Positions 1-9,561 of a stretch of DNA of 64,000 nucleotides are shown in pieces; positions within the stretch are counted from its first letter, which is position 1; each line of letters begins with the position of its first letter. The stretch comes from Bacillota bacterium. Lineage in GTDB: Bacteria; Bacillota; Clostridia; Oscillospirales; Ruminococcaceae. The stretch is taken from positions 28,420 to 92,419 of the forward strand of contig JAEWLW010000054.1 in NCBI GenBank assembly GCA_023457355.1. Reading direction: 5' to 3'. A program made the translations under genes and the position numbers. The notes under the pieces were generated by a model. It saw only the letters and a list, made by a program, of their open reading frames with translations, made no database searches and was not told the DNA's origin.

Positions 1-1014
1 ATGGGCGTTGAAATTGATTTTACCGAAATCCCCATCATTCAAAAAAGACTGATTCTGCATTGCTCCACCGCGGGCAAGCCGGTTATCACCGCCACGCAGA
101 TGCTTGAATCGATGATTCAGCATGCGCGTCCCACCCGCGCCGAGATGAGCGACGTTGCAAACGCGATCTACGACGGCACTTCGGCCATTATGCTCTCGGG
201 CGAAACCGCCGCGGGCAAATTTCCTGTGGAAGCTGTACAAACCATGGCGGCCATTGCCGAGCGCACCGAGCGGGATATCAACTATGATAAAAGGCTGCGT
301 GCACGCAGCGCGGAAGCGCATATCAGCGTTGCAGATGCCATTGCGCATGCCGCCTGTACAACCGCCATGGATATTTGCGCGCAGGCCATTGTCACCATTA
401 CCCACAGCGGTGAAACGGCGCGCCTCGTCTGCAAATATCGGCCCAGTGCGCCCATTATTGCCTGTGCAATAACCGAACAAACCTGCCGTCATCTTGCGGT
501 TTCGTGGGGCATCTCGCCGGTTACAATGCCGATGAAAAAGACCACCGATGAAGCGATTGAGCATGCCGTACAGCTGGCCAGAAAACAGGGCTATGTCAAA
601 TCCGGCGATTTAACGGTGCTGACGGCGGGCGTCCCGATCGGCATTCCCGGCACAACCAATATGATTAAGGTTCACCTGGTTGGCGATACGCTGCTGTCCG
701 GTGTGGGCGTCGGAAAAATGGTTGGCATCGGCCGGCTTTGCATCTGCAAAAATGAAGAGGAAGTCGCCGTTATGTATCATCCCGGCGATGTGCTGGTGAT
801 CCCTTCTACCAGCAATGCCATTCTTGACCACATGCGGACAGCTGCTGCGATTGTCACCGAAGAGCCGGGCCTTAACAGCCACGCGGCCATTGTTGGCCTG
901 ACGCTCGGAAAACCGGTACTGGTTGGTGCAGTTGGTGCGACCACCCGCTTGAAGAGCGGCTCCGACGTTGCCGTGGATACCGAGCGCGGCATTGTGCGCG
1001 CCATATCCGAATAG
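1..1014 (+). CDS. pyk: Pyruvate kinase, C-terminal part (5' end outside window), with C-terminal PEP-utiliser swivel domain
   Basis: Motifs ATQMLESM, PTRAE, MLSGETA, GTTN; C-terminal extension with SHAAI. Confidence 0.97.
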   Translation: MGVEIDFTEIPIIQKRLILHCSTAGKPVITATQMLESMIQHARPTRAEMSDVANAIYDGTSAIMLSGETAAGKFPVEAVQTMAAIAERTERDINYDKRLRARSAEAHISVADAIAHAACTTAMDICAQAIVTITHSGETARLVCKYRPSAPIIACAITEQTCRHLAVSWGISPVTMPMKKTTDEAIEHAVQLARKQGYVKSGDLTVLTAGVPIGIPGTTNMIKVHLVGDTLLSGVGVGKMVGIGRLCICKNEEEVAVMYHPGDVLVIPSTSNAILDHMRTAAAIVTEEPGLNSHAAIVGLTLGKPVLVGAVGATTRLKSGSDVAVDTERGIVRAISE

Positions 1015-1172
1015 CGTTGGCAGCTGGTTTTTGCCGGCAGCACATTTATTAAATCCGGCCGAACTTTCGTTTTTGATGGCGCAGGATCGAATCGCCCTCT
1101 TTTAAATTGGTGGATGAATCAGAAAAGCGTTTTGAAAGCGTTGCCTTTTTGTTGATTATGATGGCTATATAT

Positions 1173-1305
1173 GGTATAATAGCCGCAAAGGGGTTATTAT
1201 ACACTTGATGTCCAACGGCTCGCCGCTTAATGCGGCTTGCTACCTTTTGATGCGCCAATTATACCATTCATTGCGTTCATGGTGTAATAGCCGTAGAGCG
1301 ATAAT
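1173..1305 (+). repeat. Copy of dispersed palindromic intergenic repeat
   Basis: GGTATAATAGCCGCAAAGGGGTTATTATAC followed by ..CAACGGCTCGCCGCTTAA..TTTGATGCGCCAATTATACCATTCATTGCGTTCATGG; matches loci at 25.4, 32.0 and 46.9 kb. Confidence 0.85.
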
Positions 1306-1460
1306 TCCCCGGACTGAGCGGTATCATTGTTTTTACGCAACGATGTTATCGGTCCGGTTTTAAGATGATACGCCGCCTTTTAACGCGGCCGGCAACCGTC
1401 AAAGGGCAATGATTCTGCTGCGCATGTGTGGTATGATTATATCAAAAAGAGGATGAAAAA

Positions 1461-2213
1461 ATGACTCAGACGTTGGATGATAAAGATCTTGCAGTCTTGG
1501 AATGCCTGACCAATTCCCCTGTGGCGCTTGGATCGTGGAATCTGGTTGAGCTGCTGGAAAAGCGCGGTATGGTGGTTAGCTCCGCTACCATAGGGCGGGT
1601 TTTGCGCCGCTTGGAAAACAAACATTATGTTTATAAGGTTGGTAATACCGGCCGCAGTATTTCCCAGCAGGGCCGCGAGGCGCTGCTGGAAACGAAGGCG
1701 CTGAATTTGATGAATAAGCATCAGGAGGCGCTTAACCGGGTCATATCCGTATTTACGCTGGAAAATTATGTGATCGTTCTTCAGGCCAGAAGGGCTGTGG
1801 AACGCGAAAGCGCGCGCCTGGCTGCCATTAACATCACCGACTCTGAGTTGGCGCATCTCGACGAGGTTTTGCGCCAACAGGACGAATATTATCAGGCGGG
1901 CAAAAGCGTTGCCCAAATCGACATTGAATTTCACAGAAGCATCGCTCATGCTTCCCGAAATCAGGTATTGGAATCGATGTACCATATGCTGTTTTCCGCC
2001 GGGCAACAGACGCCGCTGTTTGAGGAGATCCGAAAAAAGAAAAAAACCATCATGACTTCGCACAGAGGTATTCTGGAAGCGCTGCATGAGCATAACCCAC
2101 AGAAGGCCGAACGCCGCATGATCTCCCATATTGACGGCCTGATTCAGGACGTCACTACTTACTGGGACTACGTCGAAGAGCATTCCGACGACGCGAACGC
2201 CGTGTGTAAATAA
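1461..2213 (+). CDS. Transcriptional regulator, winged HTH plus FCD (GntR/FadR-type) ligand domain
   Basis: N-terminal wHTH (SSATIGRVLRRLE); FCD hallmarks R..E...ARLAA, D..FH..IA.AS.N, H..I..A, M..HI. Confidence 0.9.
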   Translation: MTQTLDDKDLAVLECLTNSPVALGSWNLVELLEKRGMVVSSATIGRVLRRLENKHYVYKVGNTGRSISQQGREALLETKALNLMNKHQEALNRVISVFTLENYVIVLQARRAVERESARLAAINITDSELAHLDEVLRQQDEYYQAGKSVAQIDIEFHRSIAHASRNQVLESMYHMLFSAGQQTPLFEEIRKKKKTIMTSHRGILEALHEHNPQKAERRMISHIDGLIQDVTTYWDYVEEHSDDANAVCK

Positions 2214-2223
2214 TCGTTGGCTG

Positions 2224-2277
2224 AAAACAGGCCGGTACCCTCAAACCTTTTATGGGTTTGGGGTACCGGCCTGTTTT
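2224..2277. terminator. Bidirectional intrinsic terminator between convergent units
   Basis: AAAACAGGCCGGTACCC..GGGTACCGGCCTGTTTT long inverted repeat. Confidence 0.85.
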
Positions 2278-2309
2278 GGTTGAACACGCAACCCGTCGTC
2301 TTTGCAAAA

Positions 2310-2819
2310 TCAGCCCTGTTTCGGCTGCTTGATGGAGATAACTTCTTCAAAAAACGCCTTGGGATATGCCGCGGTAACGACAGCGGTATTGCCGTTGCTC
2401 CTGGCATTGTTGATTCTCAGAACGGTTCCTTTACAAAAAAACTCTCCGTGACGGCCCACCATTTCCACTTCGGCGCCAACGGCAGGCAAAGGAAGATATT
2501 CAAACGGAAAACTGATCGTACAGCTATTCTCACTGTAGGTGTAATCCTTGACATATATGGCAAGCCCGGAGCAGGCCGCGATGCATTTTCCACATCCGAT
2601 GCATTTCTCCACATCAAGGCGGGGCAGGTTTGTGATGGGGTTGCCGATATAGATTGCGTGCATCGGGCAGGCGGCCTCACAGGGGTTGCACGGAATTTCT
2701 TCAATACACTCAATGACCGCGATAGGCCCCCTGCGCAATTGATCCGGCGTCGGAAAAGCCGGGGATGCTTTGAGCTCCTCAAACGAGGGCGCACCCGTAA
2801 TTTTCAACTCACAGTCCAT
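2310..2819 (-). CDS. 4Fe-4S dicluster subunit of amine dehydrogenase complex
   Basis: CIEEIPCNPCEAACP and CIGCGKCIAAC. Confidence 0.9.
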   Translation of the reverse strand: MDCELKITGAPSFEELKASPAFPTPDQLRRGPIAVIECIEEIPCNPCEAACPMHAIYIGNPITNLPRLDVEKCIGCGKCIAACSGLAIYVKDYTYSENSCTISFPFEYLPLPAVGAEVEMVGRHGEFFCKGTVLRINNARSNGNTAVVTAAYPKAFFEEVISIKQPKQG

Positions 2820-3915
2820 TGACGACCTCGGCCCCCTTTTTTAACATATGATCCTTGGCGTCGCGTCGGCGTTGGCCAAAGTATCCGCAGCGCAACGAAT
2901 TCAGGCTTTCCCAAATTTCATCCGAGCGTTTTTGGGCGTGCGCTTTGGCCACATAACCCAACGACGCCGCAGCGTTGACGCCCGCCAGTCTTCCCTCTTC
3001 CATGGCGGTACTCGCCTCCTCGGTTCCTGAAATATCACCCGCCACGTAGATATCCCGCATGGTGGTTTGCATCTTCTCGTTGTGTATTGGCAGGTTGCCG
3101 CCCAGCGCACCGACAAAATCAAACCGGCAGCCCGCCAGCCAGGCCAGCTCGGTCAGCGGTGTCAGGCCGGTCGCCAGACAAACCGTGTCGCAGGCAACGG
3201 TTTCCTCCGTCCCCGGAATCTGTTTGAAATGACCGTCCAGCTTGACCAGCTCCACGCCCTCTACACGGCTCGTGCCAAAGGCGCGTTTCACCGTATGAGA
3301 AACATAGAATGGAACGCCGGTGCGGCAGACCTTTGCAGTATGGACGCCGTAACCGCCGATTTTCGGGGCCGCCTCCACAATAGCCGCCACGTCTCCCCCG
3401 GCCTGCATGAGCTGATAGGAAACGATGACGCCCACGTTGCCGGAACCGACCATCAAAAAGCGCGCGCCGGGCAAAACACGGTTGACGTTGATCATTGTTT
3501 GTGCGGCGCCCGCCCCCATGACGCCCGGCAGATTCCACCCCGGGAAGGTGACGGCGTTTTCGGTGGCGCCTGTCGCCAGAATAATTTTTTTGGCACGTAC
3601 ACAAATGGACCGCTCACCGTTTTTAATCACCCAGAGGTCATGGCCGTTCTCGATGCCGCAAACCTCGCTGTTCAGCCAGACCTCGATGCCAAGCGCCTGT
3701 GTCTGCTGCAACATCTCGATGCCGATATCAATGCCCCGTGTGCCGGCCATATGCGCGCTGGAGCCAAAAAATTTATGAATCTGTTTAAAAAGCTGTCCGC
3801 CCGCCTTGGCGTTCTCGTCAATCAGCAGGACCTTGGCACCGCATTGTGCGGCTTCAATCGCCGCGGATAACCCCGCGGGCCCGGCGCCGACGATGACCAG
3901 TTCTGCCTCAGTCAT
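2809..3915 (-). CDS. FAD/NAD(P)-dependent oxidoreductase, alpha-type subunit (HcnB/OoxA/proline dehydrogenase-like)
   Basis: GAGPAG, GGQL, LATGA.E, FPGWNLPGVM, GSGNVG, YVAGD. Confidence 0.9.
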   Translation of the reverse strand: MTEAELVIVGAGPAGLSAAIEAAQCGAKVLLIDENAKAGGQLFKQIHKFFGSSAHMAGTRGIDIGIEMLQQTQALGIEVWLNSEVCGIENGHDLWVIKNGERSICVRAKKIILATGATENAVTFPGWNLPGVMGAGAAQTMINVNRVLPGARFLMVGSGNVGVIVSYQLMQAGGDVAAIVEAAPKIGGYGVHTAKVCRTGVPFYVSHTVKRAFGTSRVEGVELVKLDGHFKQIPGTEETVACDTVCLATGLTPLTELAWLAGCRFDFVGALGGNLPIHNEKMQTTMRDIYVAGDISGTEEASTAMEEGRLAGVNAAASLGYVAKAHAQKRSDEIWESLNSLRCGYFGQRRRDAKDHMLKKGAEVVNGL

Positions 3916-4240
3916 TTTTTTCTCCTCCTTGCCAGCTGCCGGTTCCGATCTGGGTTCTGATCCTCATGCCGTCACATACGGGGGTAATGCAGGTGCGGAC
4001 GTTGGGCTTTCCGTCCACAATCATGACACAATCGGTGCAGCGGCCGATTCCGCAGAAAATTCCCCGCGGCTTATGCTCTTTTTTGGTATAGCGCAGCGTT
4101 GAAACGCCGTTCGCCATCAGCGCGGCCGCAATCATATCCCCCTCAAAAGCGGCGTATGGCTCGCCGTCAAAATAAATGGTGACCGGGCTGCGGTCGGTCG
4201 GGTTATCGCCTAATATGGGATGTTGTTCAATTCTCTTCAT
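3908..4240 (-). CDS. 2Fe-2S subunit (HcnA/SoxA N-terminal-like)
   Basis: IAAALMANG..PRGIFCGIGRCTDC..NVRTC. Confidence 0.9.
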   Translation of the reverse strand: MKRIEQHPILGDNPTDRSPVTIYFDGEPYAAFEGDMIAAALMANGVSTLRYTKKEHKPRGIFCGIGRCTDCVMIVDGKPNVRTCITPVCDGMRIRTQIGTGSWQGGEKND

Positions 4241-4270
4241 GGCCTATTTCTCCATGTTCCTTTTTAGACT

Positions 4271-5152
4271 TTAGAGTTTGCCGAGACTTTTCATTTCCTC
4301 GGTCAGGGCTGCAAGCACCGTCTCGTCAGCGGGTGCCAGCGGCAGACGGGGGAACCCAGCCTTAAAGCCCAGGAGATTCATAGCCGCTTTCACAGGAATC
4401 GGATTGGCCGTCATGAACAGGCGCTTATTGATCTCCAGCAACTTTAAATGCATTTCTTTTGCATGGGCGATGTCGCCCTTCAGATAACTGGCGATCATAT
4501 CCGCCATCTCGTTGCCAACGACATGCGAAGCGACGCTGACCACGCCATATCCGCCCACCGCAAGGGTTGGCAGAGTCTGACAGTCCTCGCCTGTATAGAC
4601 GACAAAGCCGTCTGCGGCGCCTTTTACGATTTCCGCCAACTGTTCCAGATTGCCAGAAGCCTCTTTGATACCGGCGATATTTTTGACTTTGGAGAGGCGG
4701 ATTGTCGTATCGGCTGTCATATTGATTCCGGTACGGCCCGGAACATTATACATAATAATGGGCAGCGTTGCAGCCTCGGCCAGTGTGGAAAAGTGCATAA
4801 ACTGGGAAGCCGCATTTGGTTTGTTATAGTAAGGAACCACCGCCAGCAGCCCATCAACACCGCATTCCTCGGCCAGCCTGATGTTGGCGATGGATGCGGC
4901 GGTTGAGTTGGTGCCAATGTTCGCCATCACAGGGATGTTTACGCTTTTTTTAACGCTGGTGAACATTTCCCGCTTTTCCTCCGGCGAAAGAACCGGGGAT
5001 TCGCCGGTGGTGCCTGCGAGTAAAATGGCCGTGGAACCATTTTGTTCTAAGTATTTCGCCACCGAGACGCATGCGCCGATATCGACCTTCCCATTCGCAT
5101 CCATCGGTGTGATCATAGCAGTAACCAATCTGCCGAAGTCGACCATAACCAA
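4271..5152 (-). CDS. dapA: 4-hydroxy-tetrahydrodipicolinate synthase
   Basis: GTTGES, PYYNKP, YNVPGRTG, catalytic KEASG, NPIPVK. Confidence 0.9.
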   Translation of the reverse strand: MVMVDFGRLVTAMITPMDANGKVDIGACVSVAKYLEQNGSTAILLAGTTGESPVLSPEEKREMFTSVKKSVNIPVMANIGTNSTAASIANIRLAEECGVDGLLAVVPYYNKPNAASQFMHFSTLAEAATLPIIMYNVPGRTGINMTADTTIRLSKVKNIAGIKEASGNLEQLAEIVKGAADGFVVYTGEDCQTLPTLAVGGYGVVSVASHVVGNEMADMIASYLKGDIAHAKEMHLKLLEINKRLFMTANPIPVKAAMNLLGFKAGFPRLPLAPADETVLAALTEEMKSLGKL

Positions 5153-5203
5153 ATCCTCCTATATCTTTTATAGCTGATGACCAATTATCTATTTCAAACC
5201 TCT

Positions 5204-5524
5204 TTAAGGTTTTTCTTCCGCGTCACTCAATAACCCAGATTTAACCGGACGCACCGGCTGACGATAGCTTGACGTCTCCATCTCAGATAAAGAAGCTCCT
5301 GTCTTTTCGGCCAAAATGCGCTCCACCAGCCGGCGGCAGGTTCTGCCCTGGCAAAGCCCCATACCCGCACGGGTAAAACGTTTCAGCTCGTTCATGGTCG
5401 CTGCGCCATCCCCGATGGCCTGTTCAATCTCCGCACGGTAGATTTCTTCACATCGGCAGATAATCTCTCTCTTCTGATCCTGACAGCATTCATGGTCACT
5501 CTTTTCGTTGGTCAACATACTCAC
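5204..5524 (-). CDS. BFD-like [2Fe-2S] protein (split C-terminal domain of the alpha subunit)
   Basis: ICRCEE..KRFTRAGMGLCQGRTC..RQPVRP. Confidence 0.9.
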   Translation of the reverse strand: MSMLTNEKSDHECCQDQKREIICRCEEIYRAEIEQAIGDGAATMNELKRFTRAGMGLCQGRTCRRLVERILAEKTGASLSEMETSSYRQPVRPVKSGLLSDAEEKP

Positions 5525-5672
5525 TCCTTTTTAAGCCGATTATGCACCGCAGCTTTCCCCGCCTGTGGGAGCAGATATTTTTTTCAGGGCCTTTGAAAAA
5601 AATATTCTGCCCCCCGGTGCGATATCACAGTATCGCTGAAATAAAAATTGAAAGAGAGGGATGAAGAGCTAT

Positions 5673-7145
5673 TTATCCTTTTTTCAGCAGAGGGTTCTTG
5701 TTTCCTTCGCTGACGAATTTGGGATCGATCTTGACATTGCGGGTGATGATGGACACAACCACAACGCAAATGCTGGAGATGACCAGCGCAACCAGCGTCG
5801 CATTGGGAATGGAGCTGATCTGAGAGAGAACAGCGCCGACGACGATGCCGACACGGGCGCCCCATGGTGTGATCTTGCTGTTTTTCTTACCCATTTCGGG
5901 GCGTTCGCCGCTGCGCTCTTTCCAGATGAGGCCGATAACCAGAACAGGAACCAGTCCGGAACCCGCCATGGAGTACGCCCGGCTGAACAGCGAGATGATG
6001 GAGTTGGCGTAAATGGCGCCGCCGCAGGCGAAGATACCAACCACCACCGTTGCAACCTTGGCGTATTTCACCAGCTGCTGATCCGTTTTTTCCGGATAGA
6101 ATGGATGGATCAGGTCGTTAACGATCAAAACTGCGGCAGAGTTTAAGTTGGAATCCGCAGAGGACATCGCCGCGCAGAGAATCAACATAAAAATGCCAAC
6201 TGCAATTGCGGGCGGGCAGACATTCATCATGAACCAGGGCATTGCGCTGTTGGCGTCCAGCCCCTGATTCATCGTCATGATGATCAGGCCGACAATTGCG
6301 GTGCCCATCGTCATGGCAATGGAGATGAGGCCGCTGTAGAGCAAACCATTTCGGGAAGACTTGCCGTCCTTTGTGGAAAAGCATCTCTGCCAGTAAATCT
6401 GTGCAACAAGAACGCCCAGAACACCAGTCACAAATTTGTTAAGCAGCTCCAACCCCGTAAAGCCGTGGAAAGTCAACATCTCGGCCTTACCAACGGCGGC
6501 TAGCCTCTCGCTCAGGAGGGCAAAACTGAAATCGACCTGCTTGAACGCGAAGATGTAAAAAGCCGCGCCAAAAATAATGCAGACAACGCCCTGGAACAAA
6601 TCGGTCCACACAACGGAATATATGCCGCCGGTCACGGTGTAAATGATGAAAATAGCGGAAAAAATGGCGATGATCAGCGTTGCGTTCGCGCCTGTAAATG
6701 TTTCGAACACCGAACCCAGTGCTTTGCCCTGGCCGCCGACCCACGCCAACATGATGCTGGCCGAGAGTATGCCGATTAAGGCACGCGTGATCTTGTCGCG
6801 GGTGATCAGGTCGTCGATCATTTCGGGCATGGAGTTATACGTAAAGTTGCCGGCCATTCCGGCAAAAACCAGGGCAAACAGAATTTTGGAGCCCTGTTCG
6901 CCGGCAATAAAAACCAGCTGGGAAACGCCGATCATGTAGCCGCTGCCGGCATGCCCAATGAAGTTACCGGCGCCCATGATCGTGGCAAATTGCGTGAAGA
7001 AAATCAGGAACATCGGGAATGTTCCACCGCCGATGGAGTACGCGGAGAAGCTGGCGCTTGCGTTATCCTTCACTTTATAGGAAATATAGAAGAAGATGAT
7101 GGCCACGGCGGCCGTAATAATCCAAAAAATAATACCTAAATCCAT
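5673..7145 (-). CDS. Sodium:solute symporter (SSS/PutP family)
   Basis: Many TM helices; GGIYSVVWTDLFQG, YWQRCFS, AAMSSADS; start placed at ATG after GGAGG RBS. Confidence 0.93.
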   Translation of the reverse strand: MDLGIIFWIITAAVAIIFFYISYKVKDNASASFSAYSIGGGTFPMFLIFFTQFATIMGAGNFIGHAGSGYMIGVSQLVFIAGEQGSKILFALVFAGMAGNFTYNSMPEMIDDLITRDKITRALIGILSASIMLAWVGGQGKALGSVFETFTGANATLIIAIFSAIFIIYTVTGGIYSVVWTDLFQGVVCIIFGAAFYIFAFKQVDFSFALLSERLAAVGKAEMLTFHGFTGLELLNKFVTGVLGVLVAQIYWQRCFSTKDGKSSRNGLLYSGLISIAMTMGTAIVGLIIMTMNQGLDANSAMPWFMMNVCPPAIAVGIFMLILCAAMSSADSNLNSAAVLIVNDLIHPFYPEKTDQQLVKYAKVATVVVGIFACGGAIYANSIISLFSRAYSMAGSGLVPVLVIGLIWKERSGERPEMGKKNSKITPWGARVGIVVGAVLSQISSIPNATLVALVISSICVVVVSIITRNVKIDPKFVSEGNKNPLLKKG

Positions 7146-7295
7146 AAGTACCTCCCAAACGTTATGTTTCAGACACGGTTTAATTGATTCGTTCACATAA
7201 GCTGATTTAAAAATTGCAAAGATTTTCAAACGGTGAAAGTGACAGGCGTTGCTTTGTTCGATCAAACCTATTCTGAAAGTGTTATCAAACGTGGT

Positions 7296-8465
7296 TTAGG
7301 CGGAAAATCTGCTGAAGCTCAGTTCATTGAAACACTGCTCGCAGCTGCCGGTAACAATCAGGTCCGCCAGATTTTTACCGGTGACCGGCGCCAGTGCCAC
7401 ACCGTCTCCCTCATGACCGGCACATATGTAATAGCCAGGCAAATGATCCACCTGGCCGACAATCGGCAGCCCGTCTTTGGAGGCCGGGCGAAAACCCGAT
7501 ATTGTGCGGATCACATTCACTGATTTGAGAATCGGAAAATAGTCGCAGGCCTGCTTCATGATGTTGGTGATAGCCTGCTGGGACGTAGCCTTGTCAAAGC
7601 CGGCCGATTCCCGCGTGCTGCCAATCAGGTAATTTCCATCATGCGTCTGTGTAAACGAAAAGCCAAGCCCGATAGATTTTGCATAACTGCTCATATCCGG
7701 CGCGAGGGACGGATCAATTTTAGAAGCTACATAAGATGCTGTCCAGACATTGGTTTCGCCTATCGGCGGAATCTGTTCGGTGATCGCCAGCTGGCCCTTT
7801 CTTGGCACAATCGGAATCTCCAAGCCGGTCAGTTTGCCGATCTGGGGCGCCCACGCCCCGGCAGCATTGATGACATAATCGCATTCCACCCGAATTTCGT
7901 CGCCCGAGGAAACCAACCAGTGGCTCCCCTTTTTTTCAATAGCCGTAACCGGGGCGTGGCGGAGCGGCGTCAACCCCAGGTCCATGCTCCGGCGCAGAAG
8001 AGCATGCAACAGCCGTAGCGGGTCCACTTGAGCGTCCGCGCTGCTGTAGGTGGATGCCAGGATATCTTCGCGGACATGAGGCTGGCGCCTGCGAAGCTCC
8101 TTTTGGTCTACAATGGTGACATCCAAACCACATTCACGCTGCTTTTGCACAAATTTTTCCATGACAGCAAGCTCTTTTTCGTTTTGGATCAGAATCATGC
8201 CGCCATGGCTGGAAAATCCGATGTCCCAATCCAGTTCCCTGCCCAGGTTCCGGTAGAGCGCGAGACTTTCCAGCGCCAGCTTCAGCGTGACGCCCGGCTT
8301 TTTTGACTGGAGCAAAATCATATCGTCACAGGAGCCGGAGGCGCCATTTCCAATTTCGCGCTGCTCCAGCAGGACGACCGATTTCCCAGCCTTGCTCAGG
8401 TAATAAGCGGTGGCGAGGCCCATCAGTCCGCCGCCTATCACACAAGCATCCTTGGTGTAAAGCAT
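7296..8465 (-). CDS. FAD-dependent D-amino acid/amine oxidoreductase, catalytic beta-type subunit (DAO family)
   Basis: IGGGLMG, GASG, NAAGAWA, PRKGQ, GFRP, GHEGDGVALAP. Confidence 0.92.
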   Translation of the reverse strand: MLYTKDACVIGGGLMGLATAYYLSKAGKSVVLLEQREIGNGASGSCDDMILLQSKKPGVTLKLALESLALYRNLGRELDWDIGFSSHGGMILIQNEKELAVMEKFVQKQRECGLDVTIVDQKELRRRQPHVREDILASTYSSADAQVDPLRLLHALLRRSMDLGLTPLRHAPVTAIEKKGSHWLVSSGDEIRVECDYVINAAGAWAPQIGKLTGLEIPIVPRKGQLAITEQIPPIGETNVWTASYVASKIDPSLAPDMSSYAKSIGLGFSFTQTHDGNYLIGSTRESAGFDKATSQQAITNIMKQACDYFPILKSVNVIRTISGFRPASKDGLPIVGQVDHLPGYYICAGHEGDGVALAPVTGKNLADLIVTGSCEQCFNELSFSRFSA

Positions 8466-8493
8466 TTTGTTTCATCCCTTTCCTTTCAACTAT

Positions 8494-9561
8494 TCATACA
8501 ACGGGTGTGGGGAGCCTGCTTTGTGCCTCTCCGCACCAGTCGGAATGAATCTGATGGATCCGTTTTGTCGCCTCTTCATCCGAAACGACCATGTGGAGCA
8601 CTGCCGTGTCCCGATCGACAGCCTCGACATAAATACCGTTACCAGCATATGCCGTTTTTAGCGTCCGTATTGGAATATTGCGGAACAATGCGGTAATGAC
8701 CGTTTGCGTGCCGTCTGCATCCGGAGAAACTGCGTCGTCCGCCAGCCAGAGAACACCGCTCTCCCCCCCTATTCGGCAATGCTTTAACACCGCAATTCCC
8801 AAAAGCCCATCGAACGCGGGTATGGCATCCGTGATTTGCGTCCCCGCCTGGGTGTCAAAGGTTGAAAGAACCCAAACCGGAATATTGTGTCGCTCCCCGG
8901 CCTGCACCGCCCGGGGATGAATCACCTTTGCGCCCCACCGCGCGAGGGAAATCATATCACGGTAACTAATAGATGCTAAATACGCTGCGTTGGGTACAAC
9001 CCGCGGGTCCGCCACGGCGATGCCGGGTACATCGGTAAATATCAGAACCTTTTCCGCACGCAGATACCCGCCGATCTCCACCGCTGAGGTGTCGCTGCCG
9101 CCGCGCCCAAGCGTGGCCACCTCGCCTTCGGGCGTCACGCCCTGAAAGCCGGTGATTACAGGAACGGCGCCGGAATCAAGAACCGCCTGAACCGTCTTGG
9201 GGTCCATGCCGCGGATGTCGGCATTGCCGAACATCCCGTCCGTTAAAATGCCGGCCGTCTGCCCGTTCATCGGTACCGCCGGTATGCCCGCCCGGTTAAG
9301 CTGGTCGGCCATGACGCAGGCAGAAATCGTTTCGCCGCAGCTTATCAGTAAATCCGTTGTTCGGCGGTCACCCGTGCCGTTCAACAACCCGAGCAGCGTA
9401 TCGGTTGCATACGGCTGTCCTTTGCGGCCCATAGCGGATACAACGACGGCAACCGCGTATCCGGTATCCCGCAATTTACGGATGTGTGCGATGGCGTGCG
9501 CGCGACTTTCGTCGGTTGCAACCGATGTTCCGCCGAACTTGGCCACCACCGTGCGCATCAT
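8494..9561 (-). CDS. Aspartate kinase (DapG/LysC-like) with short C-terminal regulatory region
   Basis: KFGGTSV, VVSAMGR, TLGRGGSDTSA, TDVPG..ADPR, GAKVIHPRA. Confidence 0.93.
   Translation of the reverse strand: MMRTVVAKFGGTSVATDESRAHAIAHIRKLRDTGYAVAVVVSAMGRKGQPYATDTLLGLLNGTGDRRTTDLLISCGETISACVMADQLNRAGIPAVPMNGQTAGILTDGMFGNADIRGMDPKTVQAVLDSGAVPVITGFQGVTPEGEVATLGRGGSDTSAVEIGGYLRAEKVLIFTDVPGIAVADPRVVPNAAYLASISYRDMISLARWGAKVIHPRAVQAGERHNIPVWVLSTFDTQAGTQITDAIPAFDGLLGIAVLKHCRIGGESGVLWLADDAVSPDADGTQTVITALFRNIPIRTLKTAYAGNGIYVEAVDRDTAVLHMVVSDEEATKRIHQIHSDWCGEAQSRLPTPVV

Noticed and set aside
2310..8465. Calling the oxidoreductase hcnABC, sarcosine oxidase or hydroxyproline dehydrogenase
   Set aside because: Family-level similarity only; no proline racemase/epimerase nearby, and DapA keeps canonical DHDPS motifs.
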